Positions 16,618 to 25,613 of a stretch of DNA of 30,427 nt are shown here, piece after piece. This DNA is from Thiomargarita sp. (GTDB lineage Bacteria; Pseudomonadota; Gammaproteobacteria; Beggiatoales; Beggiatoaceae), in assembly GCA_023144675.1 (NCBI GenBank), contig JAGLFE010000124.1, positions 1-30,427 of the forward strand, written 5' to 3'. Under the pieces are notes generated by a model. That model was given only the letters and a program-made list of their open reading frames with translations, was not told the DNA's origin and did no database searches. Position 1 is the first letter of the stretch. Each line of letters opens with the position of its first letter. The translations under genes and the position numbers were made by a program.

Positions 16618-17787
16618 CTACATAAATCTCCAACGTAATGCAATATAACCACCAATAAAAAAGATGAAACTGGTAAAAAATAAATACCATAACGGCGGCC
16701 ATAAATAGCCCATTTCCATCGTTCCCCATTTCCTAGGTTTGAAAAAGGAATTAACTAAAGAGGTATTTTTAGCATGAAGTAAATCTAATTCACTGCGTAC
16801 TTTGGGATTAACTTGCAATTTTAAAATACCACCATTAGCGTAAACATCTGTGGTTAAAATCGCTTCAAAAGCCCAGCGTTGTACTGTAACTGCGTTTAAT
16901 ACATTAGTTACTTGCGACCATACACTACTATTCTCCAAATCTGCCAAAGGTCTTAATAAACCACCAAATAATAGCTGTGGTATCATAATTAATGGGACTA
17001 ATGTTAAAGCTACCCGATAACTGCTAACAACACAAGAAATAAATAAACCGATAGAGGCTGATGTAAAGGCGGCAACCCATAATATTAAGCCAATCCACAT
17101 AGTATGTTGCCAAGATAATTCAAGTAAAAATGGCACCACTAAAATGGCTAATAAGCTTGTTTGTATCCCTAAAATAATGGTTAAAGTGAAAATTTTGGCA
17201 GCTAAATACGGCGAAAGAAATAAATAAGATCGAGTTTCTCGCTTCAAAATATGTTGTTCAGTTACAATTTCTTTGCAAGAACCCATAATTCCAAACCAAA
17301 TGCTGGCAGCAACCAATAAAAAATAAACACTACCCCGCCGCACACTAGCTATATCACTAATAAATAGCATATTGCCAATTAGCTTTTTTACTATAATATC
17401 TGATAATAGTATATTCTTATTTGCAAAAAATGGTTTAATTTTATTTTTTATATAATTTCTTTTAGTATTTTCATTAGTTTCTTGAGCTAAAAAACGAGCA
17501 TATCGATGTAATTTATCAACATGAATTGGTTTATGCGCTTGTTCTAAAGGTTCTTTCATTACTCCAAAGTAATAAAGTATCCTTGCTGCTTCGTCAAAAT
17601 TTTGTTTATCTCGATCAAAGTTATAAAACGCTCCTATAATTAAAGCGGCAATTAAAGGAACTTGTAAAATTGTTAAAGCAAGATTTAGTCTATCAGCAAA
17701 AATCACTCTAAAATTTCGTTGCACCAAAACTAAGCATTGCAATAATAAAAATTTCAAATTAGTATGGGGAAAACGCTGATTAGGCAT
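16618..17787 (-). CDS. ABC-2/ABCG-type permease domain without a nucleotide-binding domain
   Basis: QCLVLVQRNFRVIFADR, IWFGIMGSCKEIVTEQHILKRE, YLAAK and PLIMIPQLLFGG match the membrane domain of FHA-ABC/ABCG exporters. Likely ATG at 17787. Confidence 0.8.
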   Translation of the reverse strand: MPNQRFPHTNLKFLLLQCLVLVQRNFRVIFADRLNLALTILQVPLIAALIIGAFYNFDRDKQNFDEAARILYYFGVMKEPLEQAHKPIHVDKLHRYARFLAQETNENTKRNYIKNKIKPFFANKNILLSDIIVKKLIGNMLFISDIASVRRGSVYFLLVAASIWFGIMGSCKEIVTEQHILKRETRSYLFLSPYLAAKIFTLTIILGIQTSLLAILVVPFLLELSWQHTMWIGLILWVAAFTSASIGLFISCVVSSYRVALTLVPLIMIPQLLFGGLLRPLADLENSSVWSQVTNVLNAVTVQRWAFEAILTTDVYANGGILKLQVNPKVRSELDLLHAKNTSLVNSFFKPRKWGTMEMGYLWPPLWYLFFTSFIFFIGGYIALRWRFM

Positions 17788-17880
17788 AATATTGGGAAAA
17801 ATAATGATTTTTAGGTATTTAACTTGGGAATTCAAAACTTTAACACAATTAATGCGCTGTGCAAACTTAGCAGCGATTCT

Positions 17881-18069
17881 AAATTATTTAATTAAAAAAA
17901 TAGTTATAAAAATTAAGTTAAAAAATGTAGGATGCTGCTGAGAAACGAAGCGCATCAATCGTGTTAAATTATTTAAATTAAAAAAATAGGTATAAAATTA
18001 AGTAAAAAATGTAGCATCAATCGTGTTAAAGATTTCGACTTAAATATTTTAACTCTTAATTCACATTTA
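17881..18069 (+). repeat. Tandem pair of the GTAG REP-like element (copy B with hairpin, copy C with the hairpin deleted)
   Basis: Unit 1 spans 17881-17965 and unit 2 spans 17966-18030. They are near-identical except that GTAG-GATGCTGCTGAGAAACGAAGCG-CATC (17927) is reduced to GTAG-CATC (18011). The shared 3' flank is at 18044-18069. Confidence 0.8.
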
Positions 18070-18086
18070 TATATCCAGTCTAGTTT

Positions 18087-19808
18087 CTACTCGGTACTTG
18101 CAAATTCAAAACAAACTTGTCCTTCTTCATTTTCGGCAACTTTTAATACATAGCCAGTGTTTGCAAGTTGTTTAACTGCTTGATAAAGTCCAATACCATA
18201 TCCATCATGGGATTCTACTGGTCCAGTTAGTAATTGATCAGTAATTTCTTTTGGAATAGCACTTCCATTATCACAAACCATTAATTGTAAACGCCGTTTA
18301 TCAATTTTTAATGAGACTATAATTTGCAATTCGGTTTCCCGTTTACGTTTCATCACAGCATTTTGGATTAAATTTTCGGAAACATTATCAAATAAATCTT
18401 CAGGAATAAGAATATTTTCGGTTGCTAAATCACTGATAAACTTAATTTTGCTTTTACGATAGCGCGCATTTAAATTGCTCCACCATAAACTGACTGGAAC
18501 ATTGGAATAGGTAAATTCAGCTGGTTTTTGTAATTTATCCAAAGTTCTTTTTAGACGTTGGGTTAAATGAGGCATTTGTCCTTGTAACATGCGTTGAGTA
18601 TCATCAAACTCGGTAGTAGAACAAGTTGAAATAATTGAAGTAATAGTATGCAAAGATTGGAGTAAATTTTTAATATCATGGGTTAATTTGGCACCAGTTT
18701 CATAAATAGCTTGTAAATGAGCTTTTTGCGCAAAAGCTGATTCACGACGTTTAGTTTCATGAAAATATTCTAATAATTGGATTAATATCTTTACTTGAAA
18801 ATAATGTACGCTATTAATATGATAAGGGGCATATATAATTACTTCAAGAGATTGGATAACAATTGTAACTTGTTTATCATCAACATATCCAAGCATTTCT
18901 TTATCATCTAAATAATTCCATTCAATACCAGATATCCAAGGTAAAGTAATCATTTCTTTAAAACCAATTTGTAGAAATTCTTGGGTGGTTAAATTTTTAT
19001 AATTACTAGGTTGGGCAATCTTTTCTAGCCATGATTCAAACGCATTATCAATATGATATAAATGGCGTACCCAAAGTGGACTAATACCTTTTTCGCCAGT
19101 AATTAATAACCAAATCCAACTAGTTAATAAAATAAAAATAATAAATCCCAAAATAACTTGAAAAACTGCTAATGGCATAATAGTTTTATTATGTAACATC
19201 AAAACTAAACTAATAAGAATAATAATGCTAATAAAAAAAGTAGTACTTAAACCATGAAAAAAATCAATATGGTAACGATTATTCTGACGTGTATCAACAG
19301 TAAAAAAGATTAATATTAATGGGATAAATAGTAGAGTATAAAAAAGCCATGGTAAAATAATTGGCAAATATTGATAAATTGCAAATGAATTTTCGATAAA
19401 AAATATTTGATTTACATTGATTAATAACAATATTATTACTAAATAGACGATACTAAATACGCTAATAACTTTATCAAAAGTAGTTGCTAAGTCGCGTCCA
19501 CCAATAATACCGATTAGTGTGATTTGCCAAATGGTAATTAGCCAAATGTGGGGGAAAATAATAAATATCGCAATAAATAAGGCAAGTAAAACACTTTCTT
19601 TAAGATGATATATTTCTAGTTTAGTCCATGAAAACCACCATATTGTAAATGTTATAAAATGTAGTAACAGTATAATACGTAGCCATATTTCAGGAAACGG
19701 TAGGGATAGTAAATTCCAACATAGACTAAGACAAAGGCTAAAAAGCATTAAACCAAGTAAACGGTATTCTTGCTTGGGAGAAATAAATAAGGTCAATTTA
19801 TGTAGCAT
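18087..19808 (-). CDS. Multi-TM sensor histidine kinase (PrsK-like H-box)
   Basis: About 8 hydrophobic N-terminal segments; H-box GAKLTHDIKNLLQ, N-box NLIQNA, G1 CDNGSAIP, G2 GYGIGLYQ. Confidence 0.88.
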   Translation of the reverse strand: MLHKLTLFISPKQEYRLLGLMLFSLCLSLCWNLLSLPFPEIWLRIILLLHFITFTIWWFSWTKLEIYHLKESVLLALFIAIFIIFPHIWLITIWQITLIGIIGGRDLATTFDKVISVFSIVYLVIILLLINVNQIFFIENSFAIYQYLPIILPWLFYTLLFIPLILIFFTVDTRQNNRYHIDFFHGLSTTFFISIIILISLVLMLHNKTIMPLAVFQVILGFIIFILLTSWIWLLITGEKGISPLWVRHLYHIDNAFESWLEKIAQPSNYKNLTTQEFLQIGFKEMITLPWISGIEWNYLDDKEMLGYVDDKQVTIVIQSLEVIIYAPYHINSVHYFQVKILIQLLEYFHETKRRESAFAQKAHLQAIYETGAKLTHDIKNLLQSLHTITSIISTCSTTEFDDTQRMLQGQMPHLTQRLKRTLDKLQKPAEFTYSNVPVSLWWSNLNARYRKSKIKFISDLATENILIPEDLFDNVSENLIQNAVMKRKRETELQIIVSLKIDKRRLQLMVCDNGSAIPKEITDQLLTGPVESHDGYGIGLYQAVKQLANTGYVLKVAENEEGQVCFEFASTE

Positions 19809-20097
19809 TATTAAGGTCGCTTTTTTTATAAAAAATGGTCAAAAAATCAGGTTCAACAATTCTAAAATGTTCGTATTTATTTAATCAAAAATATTTTCCT
19901 ACATAAATAATAAATTCAGATAGTTTTTTAAAATTTAGAATTATAAATTTTGAGTTGGGTAAATTAATAATCATTGCAATTTGATATTTTTTAGCATTTG
20001 ATAAAAATTATCTAAACTATATAATAAATATATTATACTAAATAATTATTCTGTCAAATCTAAACAAAAATAGTAGGATTACTTCGATATTTTTTAC

Positions 20098-20868
20098 ATG
20101 ATAAAACAAATTATTACACTTGCAACTTTAGTTATAATAGAAGCTTTACACACCCGTTTTTTTATGATTATTTTTGCTTTTTTACTAACGGGCTTCGGAA
20201 TAGTTTCATTCGTTGGACAAATAGCTATTATTGAAACAGTGGCTTATCAAAGTAGTTTATTGGCAGCTTTTCTACGTTTAAGTGCTATCTATATTATTAG
20301 CTTGTTTGTAATTGTCAGCATGGTCAATGAATTTAATAATAATGCTATTCATTTATGGTTATCTTTACCCATGAAAAGAGCTACTTATTTAATTGGCAAG
20401 TTTAGTGGATTTATGCTCATTGCTTGTATCATAGCAATTTTATTTGGATTGAGCTTATTTATCTTAGTTCCATATTCGCAAGCTGGATTATGGACTTTTT
20501 CTTTATTTTGTGAATTATTAATTATTGCCGCCTTAAGTTTATTATGCGTATTTACTTTTCATAATACTATCCAAGCATTGAGTGCGGTAATTGCTTTTTA
20601 TATTTTAGCCCGTAGTATTTATTCCATTCAGTTAGTCGCACAAAATTTACTAAATAGTTCACAATCTTGGAGCGATTATTTTATTGCTAAATTTATTTAT
20701 TTATTATCCATTATTTTGCCTAATTTAGAACAATTTACTCAATCTGATTGGCTAACTTATTATTCTGGTGAAATAATTGATTTATTGCAAATTACGGCTC
20801 AAACAATAATTTATGTAATATTATTAATTAGCATGAGTATGTTTGATTTATACAGAAAAAATTTATGA
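20098..20868 (+). CDS. ABC-2 family permease-like membrane protein (resembles pilus-associated PilI-type permeases)
   Basis: 256 aa, about 6 TM; LSLPMKRATYLIGKFSG and LPNLEQF motifs; C-terminal FDLYRKNL. Confidence 0.75.
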   Translation: MIKQIITLATLVIIEALHTRFFMIIFAFLLTGFGIVSFVGQIAIIETVAYQSSLLAAFLRLSAIYIISLFVIVSMVNEFNNNAIHLWLSLPMKRATYLIGKFSGFMLIACIIAILFGLSLFILVPYSQAGLWTFSLFCELLIIAALSLLCVFTFHNTIQALSAVIAFYILARSIYSIQLVAQNLLNSSQSWSDYFIAKFIYLLSIILPNLEQFTQSDWLTYYSGEIIDLLQITAQTIIYVILLISMSMFDLYRKNL

Positions 20869-21593
20869 ATCGCAAACAACGTTCTTTAACTGCAGTTCCT
20901 AAGAAAATTATTGTTACATTAGTTTTAATTTTGACATTGCAAATCACTTGGAATCATTATTTACCATCCTTTCCAGCTAAAATAGAACATTTGACAACTC
21001 CACCTCAATTGGAATTATTACAAATATTGAGTTTAGGAGATAATATCGTTGGTTCAAAATTATTAATGTTATGGTTGCAAGCCTTTGACAGCCAATCAGG
21101 ACAATTTCTTTCATATCGACAATTTGATTATGACACTTTAAGAATTTGGTTGAAGCGTATTTTACAACTTGATCCTAAAAGTCAATATCCTTTATTGGCA
21201 GCCAGCCATTTTTATTCTATGGTCAATGATACAACGAAAAAGAAACAAATGCTAAATTTTGTTTACAAGCAATTTTTTATTGACCCCGATAATCGTTGGC
21301 AATGGTTGGCTCATGCGTCTTTAATTGCCAAACATAGGTTAAAAGATTTACCTTTAGCTCTAAAATATGCGCAGGCAATTGCAGCCCATTCTAGTGAAAA
21401 TATGCCTTTTTGGGCAAAAGAAATGCAAATATTTATTTTGGAAGATATGGGAGAATTAGAACAAGTTCGTTTAATTGTTGGCGGAATGTTTGCAAACGGA
21501 CAAATAACCGAATTAAATGAAATTAAATATTTCAACGAAAAATTAGAAAATTTAGAAAATTTAGAGAAACAATTGGGGCGTGTCATAAAATAA
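20865..21593 (+). CDS. Conserved hypothetical protein with an N-terminal membrane anchor and helical (TPR-like) periplasmic domain
   Basis: 242 aa; ATGA overlap with the permease; single TM followed by LQLDPKSQYP and ALKYAQAIA helical repeats. Confidence 0.6.
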   Translation: MNRKQRSLTAVPKKIIVTLVLILTLQITWNHYLPSFPAKIEHLTTPPQLELLQILSLGDNIVGSKLLMLWLQAFDSQSGQFLSYRQFDYDTLRIWLKRILQLDPKSQYPLLAASHFYSMVNDTTKKKQMLNFVYKQFFIDPDNRWQWLAHASLIAKHRLKDLPLALKYAQAIAAHSSENMPFWAKEMQIFILEDMGELEQVRLIVGGMFANGQITELNEIKYFNEKLENLENLEKQLGRVIK

Positions 21594-21601
21594 CTTTGAA
21601 A

Positions 21602-24406
21602 ATGAATAATTCCCAAACTAATAAACCCATAAAATGTTTAGGTTTAGAGTTTAAAAATAATGAAACTTGCCAGGACTATTTTTCAGCTTTACTAAAAGAA
21701 AAATTGGCAAACCCACAATTCAAAAATATTGCTGGTTTTCCCCAAGCAACAAACGAAACTATTTTAAATTTATCTACGCCGCCTTTTCACACATTTTGTC
21801 CCAATCCTTGGTTGCCTGATTTTTTAGAATCCCCACAAAATATTTCCGATGATTATTATCGTCAAGCTTTTATCGCTGATATTAGCGAGGGCAAGCATGA
21901 AACCAGTTACAATATCCATTCCTATCATACCAAAGTACCTTACAAAGCAATCATGCGCTACATTTTGCATTATACTGACCCAGGAGATATTATATTTGAT
22001 GGCTTTTGTGGAACTGGTATGACTGGAGTGGCAGCACAATTATGTGATAATCAGGCTGCTATTGAAAGTTTAAGTTATCAAGTTTCATCAACAGGGGAAA
22101 TTAAAAAACAGGTTGAAAAAGGCAACTATCTTGCTTGGGAAACATTCGCTAAACTAGGTAAAAGAAAAGCCATTTTAAGCGATTTATCCCCCATCGCCAC
22201 TCTAATTGCGCATCATTATAATAAACCTATTGAATCTGATAAATTTGAACAACAAGCACAGCAAGTTTTACAAACTATTGAAAATGAATGCAATTGGCTT
22301 TATCAAACTGTACATAGTTGTCGCAAAAATATGTCGGAATATGCCCATGAAATTGAGCAAATTATGTTGGGGGAAAAAGTTTGCCCTGATTGGCTGACTT
22401 TAGGGCGCATTCATCACACAATTTGGTCAGATGTATTTAATTGTCCCGAATGTAGGCAGGAATTAGTATTTTGGGAAGTAGCGGTCGATGTCAAGCAAAC
22501 TAAGATAAAAAAACGGTTTAATTGCCCCCATTGCAACGTTATTTTAACTAAATCCTTAATAACGCGGGTTTGGATAAAACGATTTGATCCTGTTTTACAG
22601 CAAACAATTCAACAAGTTAAACAAATTCCCGTAATAATAAATTACACAATTGCTAATATTATATTCCAAAAAAAGTTGGATAAATTTGATTTGATTCTGC
22701 TGGAAAAACTGAATAATAATCCTATTCCATATTGGTTTCCAACCGAAAAGCTACCTGATGGACAAAATACTTCGCAAGCTAAAAAATCGCACGGTTTTAC
22801 CCATTCCCATCATTTTTATACCCAACGTAATTTGTGGGTATTAAGCTGTTTGTATAAACATTGTTCCCAAGGTAATTTGTTACTATTATTTCAATCCATT
22901 GCCGTAACCCTGGCTTCTCGTTTGGTAAGATATAACTTTGGCAATCGAGGAAATAGTATTTTACCAGGGACTTTATATGTGCCTTCATTAGCAGCGGAAA
23001 ATAATATTTGTAAACTATTTGCTAATAAAGTAAAAAAAAATAATTATACCAATTGCGTAACAGAACATAATTTAATTAGCACCCAAAGCTCAACCAATCT
23101 TCAAATCTCGAATAATTCAATAGATTATATTTTCCTTGACCCGCCCTTTGGAGCAAATATTATGTATTCGGAACTTAATTTTTTATGGGAAGCTTGGTTA
23201 CAAATATTTACTAATAATCAACAAGAAGCCGTTATCAATAACCAACCAAGCAAAAATTTATCGCATTATCATAAAATAATTAAAGCTTGTTTCAGCGAAG
23301 CATTTCGTATTTTAAAACCACAGCGGTGGATAACGGTAGTATTTTCTAATACTCAAATTCAAATTTGGAATATTTTGCAAACCAGCTTACATGAGCTTGG
23401 TTTTATTATCGCTAACACCACTATTTTAGATAAAAAACAAGGTAGTTTTAAAGCCGTAACGACAACTACTGCGATTAAACAGAATATAGTTATTTCTGCT
23501 TATAAACCTGATTTTGTTTTAGAACAACAGTTTGAACTAATGCTTGATGCACAGGCTTGTTTGTGGGAATTTATTGAACAGCATCTTTGTTATTTACCTG
23601 TTATCAAGCTGCAAGAAAATGGGCTGGAATTTATTAACGAACGTGAAGCTAATATCTTGTATAATTGTGCCACCAATTATTTTGCTAAACACGGTGATTT
23701 TATTCCCATATCCAATCAGCAATTTCAAATAGAAGTAATAAATCATTTTGCAGAACGTGATAATATGATTTTTCGTGCAGATCAAGTTGCCGAATATGAT
23801 CAAAAGCGTAAAAAAATGCCTTTATTAACTTCGATGGAAATTATAATTTATGATGAACGTAGTGCTATTGATTGGTTGCAACATTTTTTAAAACAACAAC
23901 CTGCTACTCGTCAAAAAATTTATACGCAATTTGCCCAATTAATAGCTAATAATTGGAAAAAATATGAACCATTGATAGAATTAGATGGCTTATTGGCGTT
24001 AAATTTTATGCAATATGATGGTGAAATGACTGTTCCGAAACCAATTTATAATTACTTGACTCAACATTTTAATAGTTATCGCCATCTTTTAGCGAATGAT
24101 ATTATTTTAAAGCAACGAGCCGCTAAATGTTGGTATATTCCCAATACACAGCAAGCTAAAAAATTAGCCCAGTTGCGAGAAAAACAGTTATTAAAGGAGT
24201 TCAAACAATATCAAAAAACCGAACGGAAGTCTTTGAAAAAATTTCGCTTGGAAGCGATACGCTGTGGATTTAAACAGGCTTGGGCAGAAAAAAATTATCC
24301 TGTTATTATAGAAATGGCTGAAAAAATTCCTGAAGTTATTTTATATGCAGATGAAAAGTTATTGCAATTATGTGATTTAGCCCGTTTTCGTTTAATGAAA
24401 AAATAA
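21602..24406 (+). CDS. Large amino-DNA methyltransferase, BREX type III PglXI-like, orphan
   Basis: 934 aa from ATG 21602; motif I FDGFCGTGMTG, two CxxC pairs (CPEC, CPHC), motif IV DYIFLDPPFG. The termini (CLGLEF...CPNPW; KFRLEAIRCGFKQAW) resemble PglXI-family proteins as I recall them. Confidence 0.85.
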   Translation: MNNSQTNKPIKCLGLEFKNNETCQDYFSALLKEKLANPQFKNIAGFPQATNETILNLSTPPFHTFCPNPWLPDFLESPQNISDDYYRQAFIADISEGKHETSYNIHSYHTKVPYKAIMRYILHYTDPGDIIFDGFCGTGMTGVAAQLCDNQAAIESLSYQVSSTGEIKKQVEKGNYLAWETFAKLGKRKAILSDLSPIATLIAHHYNKPIESDKFEQQAQQVLQTIENECNWLYQTVHSCRKNMSEYAHEIEQIMLGEKVCPDWLTLGRIHHTIWSDVFNCPECRQELVFWEVAVDVKQTKIKKRFNCPHCNVILTKSLITRVWIKRFDPVLQQTIQQVKQIPVIINYTIANIIFQKKLDKFDLILLEKLNNNPIPYWFPTEKLPDGQNTSQAKKSHGFTHSHHFYTQRNLWVLSCLYKHCSQGNLLLLFQSIAVTLASRLVRYNFGNRGNSILPGTLYVPSLAAENNICKLFANKVKKNNYTNCVTEHNLISTQSSTNLQISNNSIDYIFLDPPFGANIMYSELNFLWEAWLQIFTNNQQEAVINNQPSKNLSHYHKIIKACFSEAFRILKPQRWITVVFSNTQIQIWNILQTSLHELGFIIANTTILDKKQGSFKAVTTTTAIKQNIVISAYKPDFVLEQQFELMLDAQACLWEFIEQHLCYLPVIKLQENGLEFINEREANILYNCATNYFAKHGDFIPISNQQFQIEVINHFAERDNMIFRADQVAEYDQKRKKMPLLTSMEIIIYDERSAIDWLQHFLKQQPATRQKIYTQFAQLIANNWKKYEPLIELDGLLALNFMQYDGEMTVPKPIYNYLTQHFNSYRHLLANDIILKQRAAKCWYIPNTQQAKKLAQLREKQLLKEFKQYQKTERKSLKKFRLEAIRCGFKQAWAEKNYPVIIEMAEKIPEVILYADEKLLQLCDLARFRLMKK

Positions 24407-24562
24407 ACTTTATAATTTTTATTTAGGATTTAAAGAAAAAAGTATTTTTCGTATAAAATAATAGCTTTTAATCATGAATAGATTTTTTATAAGCTGTTTA
24501 AACAAAAATAATCACCCCTAAAATTTAATAATTAGTATCCTTAATTGACCCAGAGATTTTTT

Positions 24563-24892
24563 ATGTTTGTTAAAAATATAGATTCTGACGAATTAGTAGA
24601 GTTGTTAGAAAAAAAACCTATACCTATTTTAATTGATGTGCGTACTCCACAAGAAATGGCGCAAGCATCAATTCCAAATGGAAAACCTATGCCATTAAAT
24701 ACTTTACCTTTGCGTTTGGACGAAATTTCTAAGGAAGAACAGGTGGTATTTTATTGTCGTACTGGCGCACGCTCGGCACAAGCATGTATGTATTTGGGTG
24801 ATCGAGGTTATGATAATGTTTACAATTTGTATGGCGGAATCATTAGTTGGGCAAAAAGTGGTTTGCCGATTCAACCGATGATATTTGACTAG
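24563..24892 (+). CDS. rhd: Single-domain rhodanese resembling the Allochromatium vinosum Rhd of the rhd-tusA-dsrE2 relay
   Basis: IDVRTPQE, active-site loop CRTGARS, NLYGGIISWAKSGLPI; ATG at 24563. Confidence 0.88.
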   Translation: MFVKNIDSDELVELLEKKPIPILIDVRTPQEMAQASIPNGKPMPLNTLPLRLDEISKEEQVVFYCRTGARSAQACMYLGDRGYDNVYNLYGGIISWAKSGLPIQPMIFD

Positions 24893-24910
24893 GAAATAAT
24901 GGCTTGGTTA

Positions 24911-25059
24911 TTTGTAGGTGGCAAGGCAGCCTCTTACAAAAATAGGAATTTTTTTTGAATTTCTCAATGCGTAAGTTCTAAAAAAATTAAAATACAGGCA
25001 TAAAAAAGTGAGCAAAAAATCTTACCCACTTTATGGAGAGAAGGTATAAAATCTACCTT
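24911..25059. repeat. Cluster of short inverted repeats between convergent genes (REP/MITE remnants or a bidirectional terminator)
   Basis: TTTGTAGGTGGC..GCCTCTTACAAA (24911-24940), CAATGCGTAAGTTCT (24965-24979) inside a 14/16 inverted repeat, AAAGTG..CACTTT and AAGGTA..TACCTT. Confidence 0.45.
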
Positions 25060-25079
25060 ATTATGCAAAAATAATCAAA

Positions 25080-25613
25080 TTATTCTGTTTCAGAAACTGC
25101 TGCTATTTCTTCTTCTTCAGAATAAGTAATCCATAAATAAGCTAATCCGCCACCAGCAACAGCTAAAACAATAGGGGCTGCAACTAAAGTAGCTGCTCCA
25201 GCTAATGCACCACCACCAACTACACTACCAATAGAAACTAAACCAGCAGTACTTAATCCTTCCATTACTACTGCACCGATAGCGGCTAATGTACCAACAC
25301 CAGCACCAGTATAAGTACCAATTTGAGCGGCATCACAAGCTTTTTGTTGGTTTTCACAATCGGTAAATATCTTATCATTCATAACTTTTGCAGTTGCAGC
25401 TCCTAAACCAGCTCCAACAACAGGACTTGCAATGGCAGCAGCCATACCAGCGGCAGTTGCACCAGCAATCATTGCAGCTCCTTCGGCAGCCATAACACCT
25501 TCAGCAACAACAGCACTACCAGCTGCAACACTAGCAGTAGCAGGTTCTGCATAACTAGAAGTCATGTAAGACATAGAAATAGCCAAAGTACCAATTACCA
25601 ATAATTTCTTCAT
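25080..25613 (-). CDS. Exported Ala/Gly-rich membrane protein with glycine-zipper-like segments
   Basis: Signal peptide MKKLLVIGTLAISMSYMTSSYA; two long GxxxG/AxxxA hydrophobic tracts around a C-x6-C polar linker; acidic tail SEEEEIAAVSETE. Confidence 0.75.
   Translation of the reverse strand: MKKLLVIGTLAISMSYMTSSYAEPATASVAAGSAVVAEGVMAAEGAAMIAGATAAGMAAAIASPVVGAGLGAATAKVMNDKIFTDCENQQKACDAAQIGTYTGAGVGTLAAIGAVVMEGLSTAGLVSIGSVVGGGALAGAATLVAAPIVLAVAGGGLAYLWITYSEEEEIAAVSETE

Noticed and set aside
17881-18069. Repeat-spacer appearance suggesting CRISPR
   Set aside because: Only two adjacent units with no unique spacer; the structure fits REP-like elements; no cas genes.
23032-23040. A9 tract in the methyltransferase as a phase-variation switch
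   Set aside because: In frame, and similar A/T runs are common in this AT-rich window.
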